A stretch of 64,000 bases of DNA from an uncultured delta proteobacterium (GTDB taxonomy: Bacteria; Myxococcota_A; UBA9160; SZUA-336). Below the pieces are notes generated by a model. It made no database searches, was not told the DNA's origin, and saw only the letters and a list, made by a program, of their open reading frames with translations. The stretch is taken from NCBI GenBank assembly GCA_963704165.1, contig CAVPHD010000001.1:96001-160000 (forward strand). Reading direction: 5' to 3'. Positions 1 to 9,765 of the stretch are shown here, one piece after another. The translations under genes were made by a program, and so were the position numbers. The stretch's first letter is position 1. The number at the start of each line of letters is the position of its first letter.

Positions 1-1
1 G

Positions 2-721
2 CTCTTCGCGTCGGAAGGCGCGAGCGTGTTCGCCGTCGACCTCGCCGAGGAAGGTCTCGAGGGAACTCGCGCCGAGATCGAGAAACTGGGCGCGAAGTGT
101 CTGATCCGGCGTGCCGATGCCGCGGACGAGGACGCGGTCCGCGACCTCGTCGCGACCGCGCGACACGACCTCGGCGGGCTCGAGGTCGTCTACGCGAACG
201 CAGGCGTCAGCGGCGGATTCGTGCCCCTGCTCGAGCTTTCCGCTCGAGAATGGGAGCAGGTGCTGCGTGTGAATCTGATCGGCCCGTTCCTCGCCATCAA
301 GTTCGCCGCCCCGGTCATGCGCGATGCCGGCGGCGGCTCGATTCTGTGCACGGCGTCGGTCGCGGGGCTGCGGTCGGGAGCGGGCGGCAGCGCGTACAGC
401 GCGAGCAAGGCAGGCGTGATCAGCCTGGTCCAGACTTCCGCCAACCAGTTGACCGGCACGAACGTGCGCGTCAACGCGATCTGTCCCGGTCTGATCGAGA
501 CCGGCATGACCCGGCCGATGTTCGACCTCGCACGGGCACGCGGCAGCGAGAAGAAGATCGGCCAGCTCAATCCCCTGAAGCGCGCGGGGCAGCCGATCGA
601 GATCGCACGCATGGCGCTCTTTCTCGCCAGCGACGAAGCGAGCTACGTGAACGGTCAGGCCTTCGCCGTGGACGGCGGCCTCTCGTCGAGTCACCCGTTC
701 GTGCCGGGACGGCTGGCGTGA
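2..721 (+). CDS. SDR family NAD(P)-dependent oxidoreductase (5'-truncated by window edge)
   Basis: Frame is open from position 2 ([13 protein letters not shown]). NAG motif, catalytic YSASK, NAICPG and VDGG are typical classical SDR motifs. Confidence 0.9.
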   Translation, partial: LFASEGASVFAVDLAEEGLEGTRAEIEKLGAKCLIRRADAADEDAVRDLVATARHDLGGLEVVYANAGVSGGFVPLLELSAREWEQVLRVNLIGPFLAIKFAAPVMRDAGGGSILCTASVAGLRSGAGGSAYSASKAGVISLVQTSANQLTGTNVRVNAICPGLIETGMTRPMFDLARARGSEKKIGQLNPLKRAGQPIEIARMALFLASDEASYVNGQAFAVDGGLSSSHPFVPGRLA

Positions 722-733
722 GCCTTGGCGCGA

Positions 734-1552
734 TCAGGCCTTGAACCGCTCCGCGGTAGCGTACCTCTGCTCGAGCCCGACGAGATCGCCGAACTCCTCG
801 AAGCCGAACTTCGCCTTCGTGTCTTCCGCACTCATGCCCGTCGCCACGAGTTCGGCGAAGACCCGCTCCATCGCGCGCGACGCGGCGAGCAGCCCGGTGA
901 GCGGGTAGACGACGTACTCGAATCCGAGATCGCGAAGCTCCTGCCGGCCGAGAATCGGCGTCTTCCCACCCTCGACCATGTTCGCCATCAGCGGACCGGG
1001 CACCTCGCGACCGATCCGCGCGAGTTCCTCTCGCGACTGCGGCGCTTCGACGAAGATCAGATCCGCGCCCGCTTCGCGGTACATGCGTCCGCGCCGGATC
1101 GCCTCGTCGAGCCCGAGTGGCGCGCGGGCATCGGTTCGTCCGAGGATCGTGAAGCTCGCACCCGCACGCGCTTCGACGGCGGCGCGGATCTTCTGCACGT
1201 GTTCCTCGGCACGAATGACTTCCTTCCCCTGCATGTGCCCGCAACGCTTCGGCCAGACCTGATCCTCGAGCAGCATTCCCGAAGCACCCAGCGCGAGCAG
1301 CTCGCGTACCAGTCGCTGCACGTTCAACGGTCCGCCATGACCCGTGTCGCCATCGACGATCACGGGTATGCGCACGGCGCGCACGATACGACGTGCGGTC
1401 TCGAGCATCTCCGTCTGCGTCAGCAGCCCGAAGTCGGGCTCGCCGAGCTGCGTGCCGGCGACGGCGAAACCCGAGACGAACAAGAGCTCGAAGCCAGCGC
1501 GTTCCGCGAGCTTCGCCGAGAGAGCGTCCCAGACACCGACGGAGAGCGTCAC
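734..1552 (-). CDS. Isocitrate lyase / PEP mutase family protein (methylisocitrate lyase or oxaloacetate decarboxylase-like)
   Basis: DGDTGHGG, LEDQVWPKRCGH, RTDAR and AGADLIFVEA motifs. The GTG start at 1552 overlaps the upstream TGA (GTGA). Confidence 0.9.
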   Translation of the reverse strand: MTLSVGVWDALSAKLAERAGFELLFVSGFAVAGTQLGEPDFGLLTQTEMLETARRIVRAVRIPVIVDGDTGHGGPLNVQRLVRELLALGASGMLLEDQVWPKRCGHMQGKEVIRAEEHVQKIRAAVEARAGASFTILGRTDARAPLGLDEAIRRGRMYREAGADLIFVEAPQSREELARIGREVPGPLMANMVEGGKTPILGRQELRDLGFEYVVYPLTGLLAASRAMERVFAELVATGMSAEDTKAKFGFEEFGDLVGLEQRYATAERFKA

Positions 1553-2865
1553 GCGAGACTCGCGGCGAGCTCGCGAACGTCGCGCACGTCCTCGAGCGAC
1601 GCGAACGCGGACACGAGAGACCTCGCGCGATCCGTGCCGAGGGCGGGCTCGAGACAGAGCCCAAGCTTCGCGCCTCGCTGCTCTTCGTCGAGCGGATTCC
1701 GCGGGTGTCCGCGCGCGATCCTGACCGCCGCTCGCTCTCGCGTACCGTCGCTGAACACCAACTCGACCTCCTCGTCCGGGGATCGCGACTCGCGCACGAC
1801 GACCTGCCGCAGCAGCGCCTGAACGTCGGAGGCGCGGGCACGCGCGTCCGAGAACGCAGCGAGTCCGGGCCAGCCGTCGAGCCACGCGATCGCGGCGCAG
1901 TACGGGAGCGAGAACTTCGCCTCGAGCCCGGTGCGCGGTTCGGGGTAGATCAGGATCTTCAAACCGAGCGGGTCGCTCGCGCACTCGATCGCGCGCAGCT
2001 CACGGTGCGCGTGTTTCTCGCGCAGCTCGAGCACGGCGTCGATCGTGCGGTGCGTGAACCGACACGACGGGTACGGCTTGAGCTCCACGCCGGGCGACTC
2101 GAGCGCGAAGCCGGAGTCCAGCGGTGGCAGCTCGAACGGTCGATTTCCGCCGTACAGGTCCGCGAGTCCCATCTCCATTTCGAGCGCGTCCTCGCGCGCG
2201 GTCACCGAGCGAAGCGCGAGCTCCGCGGTCTCGAGTCCGGAGCGCGCGGCCAGGCCCGCGTGGAGCGGCTTTGCATCCGTTCCGAAGTTTCCGCGTGTTC
2301 CCGACGCGCGAGACACCGCGATCCCGAACGCGCGACGGAGTGCAGCTTCGTCGAGCCCGAGCAAGACGCCCGATGCGGCCGTCGCCCCGAACACGCCGAG
2401 CGTGGATGTCGCGTGCCAGCCGCGCTCGTAGTGCGGCTTTCCGAGCGCCTGTCCGAGCCGCGCCTCGACCTCGAAGCCGACGATGTACGCGTGCAACAGG
2501 TCCGCGCCCGAGCGTCCGAGCGCCTCGGCCAGCGCAAATGCCGCGGGCAGGAGCGGCACCGTCGGATGGCCGTTCATCGCCCAGGAGACGTCGTCGAAAT
2601 CGAGCGCATGTGCGGCCGCTCCGTTGACGAGCGCGGCGAGCGCCGGAGATACGCGCTCTCCTGTTCCCCACAGGCTCGCGCGCGGGTGCGATCCCTGCTC
2701 GAGCGCGAATCCGCGCAGCTCGCGTGTCACCCGCTCGTCGCGGCCGGCGATCGCACACGCGATGGCGTCGAGCATTGCGGCCCGAGCATGGGCTCGCACC
2801 GATTCGGGCACGGTCTCGAGTGCGAGCCCGTGCGCAAACGCAGCCAGACGTCCGGTGGCACTCAT
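1549..2865 (-). CDS. MmgE/PrpD family protein
   Basis: NGAAAHALDFDD, GHPT, GWHATS, KPLHAG, KPYPSC and KFSLPY motifs. The ATG at 2865 overlaps the upstream stop (TGATG). Confidence 0.92.
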   Translation of the reverse strand: MSATGRLAAFAHGLALETVPESVRAHARAAMLDAIACAIAGRDERVTRELRGFALEQGSHPRASLWGTGERVSPALAALVNGAAAHALDFDDVSWAMNGHPTVPLLPAAFALAEALGRSGADLLHAYIVGFEVEARLGQALGKPHYERGWHATSTLGVFGATAASGVLLGLDEAALRRAFGIAVSRASGTRGNFGTDAKPLHAGLAARSGLETAELALRSVTAREDALEMEMGLADLYGGNRPFELPPLDSGFALESPGVELKPYPSCRFTHRTIDAVLELREKHAHRELRAIECASDPLGLKILIYPEPRTGLEAKFSLPYCAAIAWLDGWPGLAAFSDARARASDVQALLRQVVVRESRSPDEEVELVFSDGTRERAAVRIARGHPRNPLDEEQRGAKLGLCLEPALGTDRARSLVSAFASLEDVRDVRELAASLA

Positions 2866-3566
2866 CACGTCTCCGGATTCGGCGGCGTCGCCCGATTCGA
2901 CCCGAGCACCGTCGGTGCGATCTCGCGCGGATGCTCGAGCACGAACTCCGCTCCCGCCGCGCGCAACTCGGCATCGCCGCGGAGTCCCCAGCCGCAGCCG
3001 ATCGTCCGCGCGCCGGCCGCGAGACCGGTCTCCACGTCGACGGCGCTGTCGCCGACCATCCAGACTTCGGCGGATCGGTTGCCGAGACGCTCGAGAACGT
3101 GCACGAGGACCGCCGGGTCCGGCTTGCGGATCGAGAGCGTGTCTCCTCCCAATACCGCGCCGAAGACGAACTTGAGACCGAGCCCGTCGATGATGCGGTG
3201 CAGGAAGCGCACCGGCTTGTTCGAGAGCACGGCCAGGGTTTCCCCCGCCAGCGAGTCCAGGCATCCGGCCATGCCCGGATAGAGCTCGGTCGTATCGAGA
3301 CAGCAGCGGTCGTAGTGCGCACGGAATCGCTCGTAGTGAGACTCGAGTCGCTCCGGCGCGCGCTCCGGTTCGGGCAGTGACATCGAGAGGAGCTTCAATG
3401 CGCCGTCGCCGATCCAGGCCTTCACCTGCGGACCCGTCACGGGTGGAAGATCCGCATCCGCAAGCGTCCGATTCAGCGCCACCGCCAGGTCGCGCCAGGT
3501 GTCCGCGAGAGTGCCGTCGAAGTCGAAGATCACCACGCGGCCTGACGGAGCTCTTTCCACGCGCAC
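2865..3566 (-). CDS. HAD family hydrolase, phosphoglycolate phosphatase-like
   Basis: FDFDGTLAD, LSNK, KPDP and VGDSAVD motifs. The start may be the GTG at 3560. Confidence 0.9.
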   Translation of the reverse strand: MRVERAPSGRVVIFDFDGTLADTWRDLAVALNRTLADADLPPVTGPQVKAWIGDGALKLLSMSLPEPERAPERLESHYERFRAHYDRCCLDTTELYPGMAGCLDSLAGETLAVLSNKPVRFLHRIIDGLGLKFVFGAVLGGDTLSIRKPDPAVLVHVLERLGNRSAEVWMVGDSAVDVETGLAAGARTIGCGWGLRGDAELRAAGAEFVLEHPREIAPTVLGSNRATPPNPET

Positions 3567-3667
3567 AGACTAGGACGGCCGCGCTTTGCGCGCGAGATCC
3601 TCGATGATACGCTTGCAACGTCTCGGACCGCGGCCAACGGTAGGAACGGAAAGGGAATTTCCCACCA

Positions 3668-5005
3668 GTGATCTTCCCGCTGCGCTTCAAGCTCGCACTC
3701 CTGTCGAGCGTCCTCTTGGTGGGCGCGATCGGCACGATCTCGCTGGTCGTTCTCGAGCGAAGCGCGCAGGCGCTGGCGGACGAGGCGGGCAAGCGCGCGA
3801 TCGTCCTGGTCCAGCAGCTCTCGCGAAACGCGCGTGAGCCACTTCTGCTCGAGGACGACCTGCGCCTCTCGCAACTGCTCGAAACCATCTCGAACGAGTC
3901 GGAGGTGACGGTCACTCGCGTACTGGACAAGAGCGGGCGGGTGATCGCTTCCTCGCGTGAAGACGAACCGGAGATTCGCGACCGGATGACCGAGAGCAAA
4001 GAGCTCGCGACCCGGCCTCTCGGTGGAATGCTGATCGTGGCCTCGCGCATGACCTACCGGGATCTCGACATCGGCGAGGCGCAGGTCGTGCTCGACGTGA
4101 CTGCGGTCACGGGACGCGCGATTCGCGCTGCGCGACGCCAGGTCCTGGTCGCGGCGGGTATCCTGCTCGGCATCGGCCTGGTGGTCGCGTTCGTCGTCTC
4201 GGGAATCCTCAGCCGACCCCTACGCCAGCTGCGACTCGCCGTGAATGCACTCGCCGCCGGTGACCTCTCCGCGCGAGTGGAACCGACCTCGCGCGACGAG
4301 ATCGGCGTGCTCGCGCGCGCGTTCAACGAAATGAGCGAGAGCCTCGGCGAGAAGCGCCGGATCGAAACGGCGTTCCGGCGCTACGTCTCGGATCACGTGC
4401 TTCGAGAGGTGATCGATTCGCCCGAATCCATTCACTTGAAGGGTGAGCTTCGCGAGGTCTCGGTCGTGTACCTCGACATTCGCAAGTTCACGCGGCTCAC
4501 CGGCGCGATCGGACCGGAGCGCACCGTCGCCTTCCTGAACGAGTGCTTCGACCTGATCACCGGCCGCCTGCTCGAGCACGGCGCGACGATCGACAAGTAC
4601 ATCGGCGACGCGATCCTCTCGTACCTCGGCGCGCCGATCGAAACCGACGACCACGCCCAGCGAGCGGTCGCCGCCGCCATCGCGGTCCAGCGCGCGATCC
4701 ACGAGCGCAATCGACGCTGTGAGCTGACCGGTCAGCCATTCGTGCGGCTCGAAGTCGGCATCGGAATCCACACCGGTCCGGTCGTCGTGGGAAACATCGG
4801 CTCCGAGCTGAAGATGGACTACACCGCGATCGGCGAGCCCGTGAACGTCGCGAACCGACTGCAATCCCTGGCCGGTCCAGGCCAGATCAAGATCACCGGT
4901 GAGGTCCGTGAGCGTCTCGGCGAGCTGATCGACGTGAAGCCGGAGGGGATGCGCACGCTCGAGGGGGTCGATCACCCCATCGAGGTCTTCGAAGTCCTGT
5001 ATTGA
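3668..5005 (+). CDS. Membrane class III adenylate/guanylate cyclase with periplasmic sensor and HAMP domain
   Basis: Two TM helices, a HAMP domain (DEIGVLARAFNEM) and cyclase motifs DIRKFT, DKYIGD, GIGIHTG and DYTAIGEPVNVANRL. Confidence 0.93.
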   Translation: MIFPLRFKLALLSSVLLVGAIGTISLVVLERSAQALADEAGKRAIVLVQQLSRNAREPLLLEDDLRLSQLLETISNESEVTVTRVLDKSGRVIASSREDEPEIRDRMTESKELATRPLGGMLIVASRMTYRDLDIGEAQVVLDVTAVTGRAIRAARRQVLVAAGILLGIGLVVAFVVSGILSRPLRQLRLAVNALAAGDLSARVEPTSRDEIGVLARAFNEMSESLGEKRRIETAFRRYVSDHVLREVIDSPESIHLKGELREVSVVYLDIRKFTRLTGAIGPERTVAFLNECFDLITGRLLEHGATIDKYIGDAILSYLGAPIETDDHAQRAVAAAIAVQRAIHERNRRCELTGQPFVRLEVGIGIHTGPVVVGNIGSELKMDYTAIGEPVNVANRLQSLAGPGQIKITGEVRERLGELIDVKPEGMRTLEGVDHPIEVFEVLY

Positions 5006-5070
5006 GCGTTGGCGGCCGCGCGCCGCACGCGGGACTAGAGGGGCGGGGTCCATCGGGTAGAATCCCGCGC

Positions 5071-6154
5071 GTGCCGCGTTCTCGATTCGCGCTTTGCTGC
5101 ACTCTGCTCATCTCGCTCAGCGGATGCGCGGGACCGTACCAACGTGGCGAGGCCCTCTACAGTCAGGGAGACATTGCGGGGGCTCTCGGCGTCTGGCGCG
5201 ACGTCCCGCCGACGAGCTCCGAGTACGCGCGCGCGCATGCGCGTCTCGAGATGATCGAGCGCGAGCTCTCGAGCTCGCTCGCGCGCTACGAGAAACGAGC
5301 CGCGTTCTTCGAGGACGAGGGTCGACTTTCGGAAGCCGTGCTGTACTACCGGCTCGCGCTGAAGCTCGACCCCGATCGGCCGCAGACACTCGCGCGCACG
5401 CAGTCGCTCTACCGCGAGCTGCGCGCGCGGGAAACGGAAGAGCGCGAGAAGCTCACGGCTGCGCTCGCCACCGGAAGACCTCCGCGAGGCGAACGAGTCG
5501 GTGAAGCAGCTCCAGAAGCTCGACCCGTTCGATCCCGCGATCCAGATCGAGCTTCGCCAGGTGCGTGCGGAGACCGGCGCACAGGTGCTGCGCTTCCTCG
5601 AGGACGGCAAGCGCGCCTACGCGGTCGGCGATCGCGAGGGCGCTCGGCTCGCGTTCGAGCGGGTGCTCGAGCTCGATTCCGAGAATGAAGCCGCGCTCGG
5701 CTACCTGTCTTACATCAAGCGATTCGATCAGGAGCTCGCCGAGCAGGCGAAGCCTGTGGAGCGCCGTCAGCCGGTCGCCCGCTCTCTGCCGCCACCGCCC
5801 GTCTCATCCGAAGAGATCATCGCCGAAGGCCGCTTCCGCTCCGGACAGAACGCCGAAGAACTCGGCGATCCGTATCGGGCGATCCGGGAGTACCAGATGG
5901 CGCTTCGAATCGACCCACACCACGGCGCCGCCCAACGCCGGATCGCGACGCTGCGCAACGAGTTGGCTCCGCGCGTACCGACGCTGTACGAACAGGGAAA
6001 GCGCTACTTCCAGGACGAAGATCTCGAGAAGGCGCTCGTCGTGTGGCGAAATGCGCTGCTGATCGCGCCCGACGACGCGCGCACGAAGGAGAACGTCGAT
6101 CGAGCCGAGCGGATGCTCGCGCGACTCGAGGAGATCCAGACTCGTGGCCCGTGA
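5071..6154 (+). CDS. TPR-repeat lipoprotein, interrupted by one frameshift near 5475
   Basis: Lipobox LSGC and TPR-like helices on both sides of the break. Removing one A in ACCGGAAGACC joins ORF 5002-5688 to ORF 5501-6154 as ATGDLREANESVKQL. Confidence 0.8.
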
Positions 6155-7424
6155 ATTCCGCGCAGTCGCACTTGCCGCGTTCGCCGCGAGCGCGATCGGA
6201 TGTGCGAGCACGCCGACGTCCATCGCCGAGCGCCTCTTCGCGCGCGATCAGCCACTGGTCTTCGATCGCGGCTCGGCGCTGCTTCCGCCCGAGGGTCTGC
6301 GCGTGACCTCGACTCAGGATCGGCAGATCGGCCTCGCGTGGGATCCGGTGCTGGTCGGCAACGTCGCGGGCTACGCGGTTCTGCGCGCGAAGGGGAAGTC
6401 CGAAGGCACGTACGAGCGGGTCGGCATCACCCGATCGCGCTTCGGCACGGTGTTCATCGACGCCGGTCCGACCGTCGGTGCGCTCGGTGACGGGCAGACC
6501 TACGCATACCGCGTGCATCCGTACGACTCGAAGGGCCGTATCTCGCGCAGTCACGCGGCGCTCACGGCGACGACCGAAGCCCGGCCCGCGGCGCCCGAAG
6601 GTCTTCAGGTCTACTCGAGCCTGCCGCGCAGTGCGGTCCTGAGCTGGAAGCCGGGCGATACGCGCACGGTGACGGGGTATGCGATCTACCGATGCCCCTC
6701 GACGGCGGGACCGTGGGAGCGCGTCGCATTCGTCGAGGGCCGACTCAATACGGTGTACGAAGACGAAGTCCCCGGCGACCTACGCGTGATGTACTACAGA
6801 ATTGCGGCCGTGAACCGGTTCGGCGGAGAGAGCGATCCGACGGAGAAGCCGATCCGCACCGTGACGAAGGCCGAACCACTTCCGCCGATCGGGCTCGAGG
6901 CGACCGCGTCGAGCCTGGGGCGCGTGGACTTGCGCTGGGCGCCGAACGTCGAGCCGGATCTCGCGAGCTACGAGATCTGGCGCGCGCTGGCAGGCCGATC
7001 CGGATCCGGCAACGAAGTTCCGATCGCCCGCGTGCCTGCAGGCACGACGACCCTCGTCGACCTGGCCGTGGGTTGCGGCGAGAGCGCGCGCTACCGCGTT
7101 CGCGCGACCGACGCCGACGCGCTCGAAAGCCTGCTGTCGGACCCGCTCGAGGTGAAGGGGCACGACGCCGGCCTTCGACTTTCTCGTCAGGATGGCGCGT
7201 GGATCCTCTCCTGGGACCCCGCCGGCGTCGCCGGCTTCTCGAGGGTGCGCGTCATCGAGGTTCGCGCCGTGCTCCCCGATCGCGAGCTGGCGAGCGCCGG
7301 ACTGGACGGCGAAGTCGTGCTGCCGGACCTCGAAGGCGGAACCGAGATCGAGGTGGTCTTCGAGCCCGCAGACGCGACGCGCGGAACGGCGGCGGCTCCG
7401 CCCTGTCGACTCGTCGTCCCCTGA
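6144..7424 (+). CDS. Fibronectin type III repeat lipoprotein
   Basis: Lipobox AIGC and three FN3-like repeats (PPEGL..LAWDP..GYAV..YAYRV; LSWKP..GYAIYR..YYRIAAVN; LRWAP..SYEIWR..YRVRA). Confidence 0.85.
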   Translation: MAREFRAVALAAFAASAIGCASTPTSIAERLFARDQPLVFDRGSALLPPEGLRVTSTQDRQIGLAWDPVLVGNVAGYAVLRAKGKSEGTYERVGITRSRFGTVFIDAGPTVGALGDGQTYAYRVHPYDSKGRISRSHAALTATTEARPAAPEGLQVYSSLPRSAVLSWKPGDTRTVTGYAIYRCPSTAGPWERVAFVEGRLNTVYEDEVPGDLRVMYYRIAAVNRFGGESDPTEKPIRTVTKAEPLPPIGLEATASSLGRVDLRWAPNVEPDLASYEIWRALAGRSGSGNEVPIARVPAGTTTLVDLAVGCGESARYRVRATDADALESLLSDPLEVKGHDAGLRLSRQDGAWILSWDPAGVAGFSRVRVIEVRAVLPDRELASAGLDGEVVLPDLEGGTEIEVVFEPADATRGTAAAPPCRLVVP

Positions 7425-7454
7425 CACGGGTGGATCCGCACTCCGCCGGGGCAC

Positions 7455-7482
7455 TTGAATCCCGATCGCGCATCCGTAGACT
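7455..7482 (+). promoter_or_regulatory. Putative sigma70 promoter of tRNA-Asn
   Basis: TTGAAT (7455-7460), 16-nt spacer, TAGACT (7477-7482), ending 11 nt before the tRNA. Confidence 0.65.
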
Positions 7483-7493
7483 GAGCGACCCAT

Positions 7494-7569
7494 TCCCCGA
7501 TAGCTCAGTTGGTAGAGCGGGTGGCTGTTAACCACTAGGTCGGCGGTTCAAGTCCGTCTCGGGGAGCCA
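7494..7569 (+). tRNA. tRNA-Asn (GTT)
   Basis: Acceptor stem TCCCCGA/TCGGGGA, D arm TAGCTCAGTTGGTAGAGC, anticodon loop CT-GTT-AA, T loop GGTTCAAGTCC and encoded CCA; 76 nt. Confidence 0.97.
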
Positions 7570-7644
7570 CTACCGAGCCCGCCTCCGATCGAGCTTGCTG
7601 GTGCTCTCGGTCGCGGCTCGGGCCCGCGATACCCCGGGAACAGG

Positions 7645-8925
7645 ATGAGCCTCGCCGACATCGGCCTCGAAGTCCCCGACATCCTGTTGCCTGCAGCGGG
7701 AATCGACCTCTCTCGTTGGGCCGTCGTCGCTTGCGACCAGTACACGTCCCAGCCCGAGTACTGGACGGCCGTCGCCGAGATCGTCGGAGAGGCGCCCTCC
7801 ACGCTCAATCTCGTCCTTCCGGAGGCCTTCCTGGGCGAATCTGGCGAGGAGACCCGAATCGCGGCGATCGGGGCCCGGATGCGCGAGTACCTCGCGCGCG
7901 GTGTCTTCGCGAAGCCGCTGCGCGGCTTCGTCGCGGTCGAGCGCAGCACCCCGCACGTCTCGGCTCGCCGCGGACTCATGGTCGCGCTGGACCTCGAGCG
8001 CTACGACTGGCGGCCGGGCGCGCGGGCACTCGTTCGGGCGACCGAAGCGACCGTTGCGGAGCGGCTGCCATCGCGCCTGCGCGTGCGCCAGGGTGCGGAG
8101 CTCGAGCTGCCGCACGTCCTGGTTCTGATCGACGATCCTCGGAGGACCGTGATCGAGCCGGTCTGTACCGCCGCCGCCAGGGCCACAGCGCTCTACGACT
8201 TCGAGCTCATGAATGGCGCTGGACGCGTCCGCGGCTGGGCCGTGCAAGAGCCGGCCGAGATCGAGCGCGTCGCGCAAGCGCTCCGGGCGCTCGCCTCGCC
8301 CGAGCTGCAGGCCGAGAAGTACGGGGCGAGCGACGGCGACCCGTTCCTGTACGCCTCAGGCGACGGCAATCACTCGCTTGCAGCTGCGAAGCTCCTCTGG
8401 GATCAGCGCAAGGCTACCCTCACGGCAGATCAGCGCGAGCGGGATCCCGCGCGGTTCGCACTCGTCGAGCTCGTGAACGTTCACGACCCCGGACTGCGCT
8501 TCGAGCCGATCCACCGGATCGTCTTCGGCGTCGATCCCGACGCGCTTCTCTCCGAGCTCGCGCGCTCGCGGACCACCGGACCGAGCCACGCGCTGCGCTG
8601 GCTTGCGGGAACACGCACTGGTGTCGCATCGCTCGCAGCCGGCGACGAACCGCTCGCGGTCGCCGCGCTTCAGGGCTTCCTCGACGACTGGCTCACCAGA
8701 CACCCCGACACCCGGATCGACTACATCCACGGTGACGATACGCTCGCTCGGCTCGCCGCCGAACCCGGTCGCGTCGGCTTCCAGCTGCCCGCGTTCGAGA
8801 AGTCGGCCCTCTTCCCGACGGTGGCGAGACGCGGAGTTCTGCCGCGCAAGGCTTTCTCACTCGGTGAAGCCGAGGAGAAACGGTTCTACCTCGAAGCCCG
8901 ACGCATCCAGCCCGCGCCCGCGTGA
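7645..8925 (+). CDS. DUF1015 family protein
   Basis: WAVVACDQYTS, RATEAT, LELPH, GDGNHSLAAAK and LPRKAFSLGEAEEKRFYLE are characteristic of DUF1015. Confidence 0.85.
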   Translation: MSLADIGLEVPDILLPAAGIDLSRWAVVACDQYTSQPEYWTAVAEIVGEAPSTLNLVLPEAFLGESGEETRIAAIGARMREYLARGVFAKPLRGFVAVERSTPHVSARRGLMVALDLERYDWRPGARALVRATEATVAERLPSRLRVRQGAELELPHVLVLIDDPRRTVIEPVCTAAARATALYDFELMNGAGRVRGWAVQEPAEIERVAQALRALASPELQAEKYGASDGDPFLYASGDGNHSLAAAKLLWDQRKATLTADQRERDPARFALVELVNVHDPGLRFEPIHRIVFGVDPDALLSELARSRTTGPSHALRWLAGTRTGVASLAAGDEPLAVAALQGFLDDWLTRHPDTRIDYIHGDDTLARLAAEPGRVGFQLPAFEKSALFPTVARRGVLPRKAFSLGEAEEKRFYLEARRIQPAPA

Positions 8926-8948
8926 TTCGCTAGCGGAGCTCGCGAAGC

Positions 8949-9617
8949 TCAGGCTCGGATGCGCTTGCGAACCTCGAGGGCGACGATCCCGCCACCGATC
9001 GCCATCAGCAGCACCGAACTCGGCTCCGGGATCGGGTTGCTCGGGCCGGGTGCCGGAACGCGATCGGCCGTCCGGATTCGAGCCAGCGTGAAGTCGCTCC
9101 ACTCACGGCCGTCGGTAACGAAGCTCACCGACGTGACCACGCGGTTGATGTCGATCGTGAGCTGACCGTTGCGGGCCGTTCGGGAGCTGAACCCGAGCAT
9201 GAAATCCGAGCCGACGACCGAGCCGCGGTCCACGACCCGGAGAAAGCCGTAGCCGGTGGTCTGGAGCATGCCGATGTCGATCGAAGTCAGGAGCGTGGGG
9301 GCCGCAAACGAGATCGTGAGGACCTCGGGCGTGTCGATCTGGTACGCGGTGTCGATCGAGCAGCCCGCGATCCTCCGCGAACAGTCGATGCCGAAGCCGT
9401 TGCCGGCGCTCCAGGTGAGATCACTGCCGGCCGGAGTTGCCGAGAACGTCACGGGACCCATGGCGGCGTTTCCGCTGTAGGTGACGTTTCCCGAGGTCCC
9501 AGCGGCGATGCTCGCTCCGACCAGACCGGTCAGATCGAGCGTGGCGGCGCCAGCGGTCGGCGCGACGAGAAGGGCGAAGACAGCAGCAACCAGAGCAACA
9601 GGCACCCGCAGACGCAT
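8949..9617 (-). CDS. PEP-CTERM sorting-domain protein
   Basis: N-terminal signal peptide. C-terminal IPEPSS, then a hydrophobic helix and a basic tail (RKRIRA). Confidence 0.9.
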   Translation of the reverse strand: MRLRVPVALVAAVFALLVAPTAGAATLDLTGLVGASIAAGTSGNVTYSGNAAMGPVTFSATPAGSDLTWSAGNGFGIDCSRRIAGCSIDTAYQIDTPEVLTISFAAPTLLTSIDIGMLQTTGYGFLRVVDRGSVVGSDFMLGFSSRTARNGQLTIDINRVVTSVSFVTDGREWSDFTLARIRTADRVPAPGPSNPIPEPSSVLLMAIGGGIVALEVRKRIRA

Positions 9618-9765
9618 ATCGACGTTGTCCTTGATTCCCGATCGCGATGTCGGGATGTGTGTCGAATTAGTAACAGGTCGCTTAGTGCCCGGTCAAGCAG
9701 AGCTTTTTTGCACTTGCCTGCACTTTCTCTTGCATCCCCGGCGATCGAGAGCGCCGGCCCGGGGC

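Noticed and set aside
1549..4050. 833-aa ORF suggesting a long N-terminal extension on the PrpD-like protein
   Set aside because: The extension overlaps the HAD and cyclase genes in other frames. The ATG at 2865 is coupled to the HAD stop.
5460..5500. Programmed ribosomal frameshift in the TPR gene
   Set aside because: There is no slippery heptamer, and similar indels elsewhere point to sequence error.
7494..9700. tRNA-Asn as an integration site for a genomic island
   Set aside because: No integrase is adjacent and I found no duplicate of the tRNA 3' end in the window.
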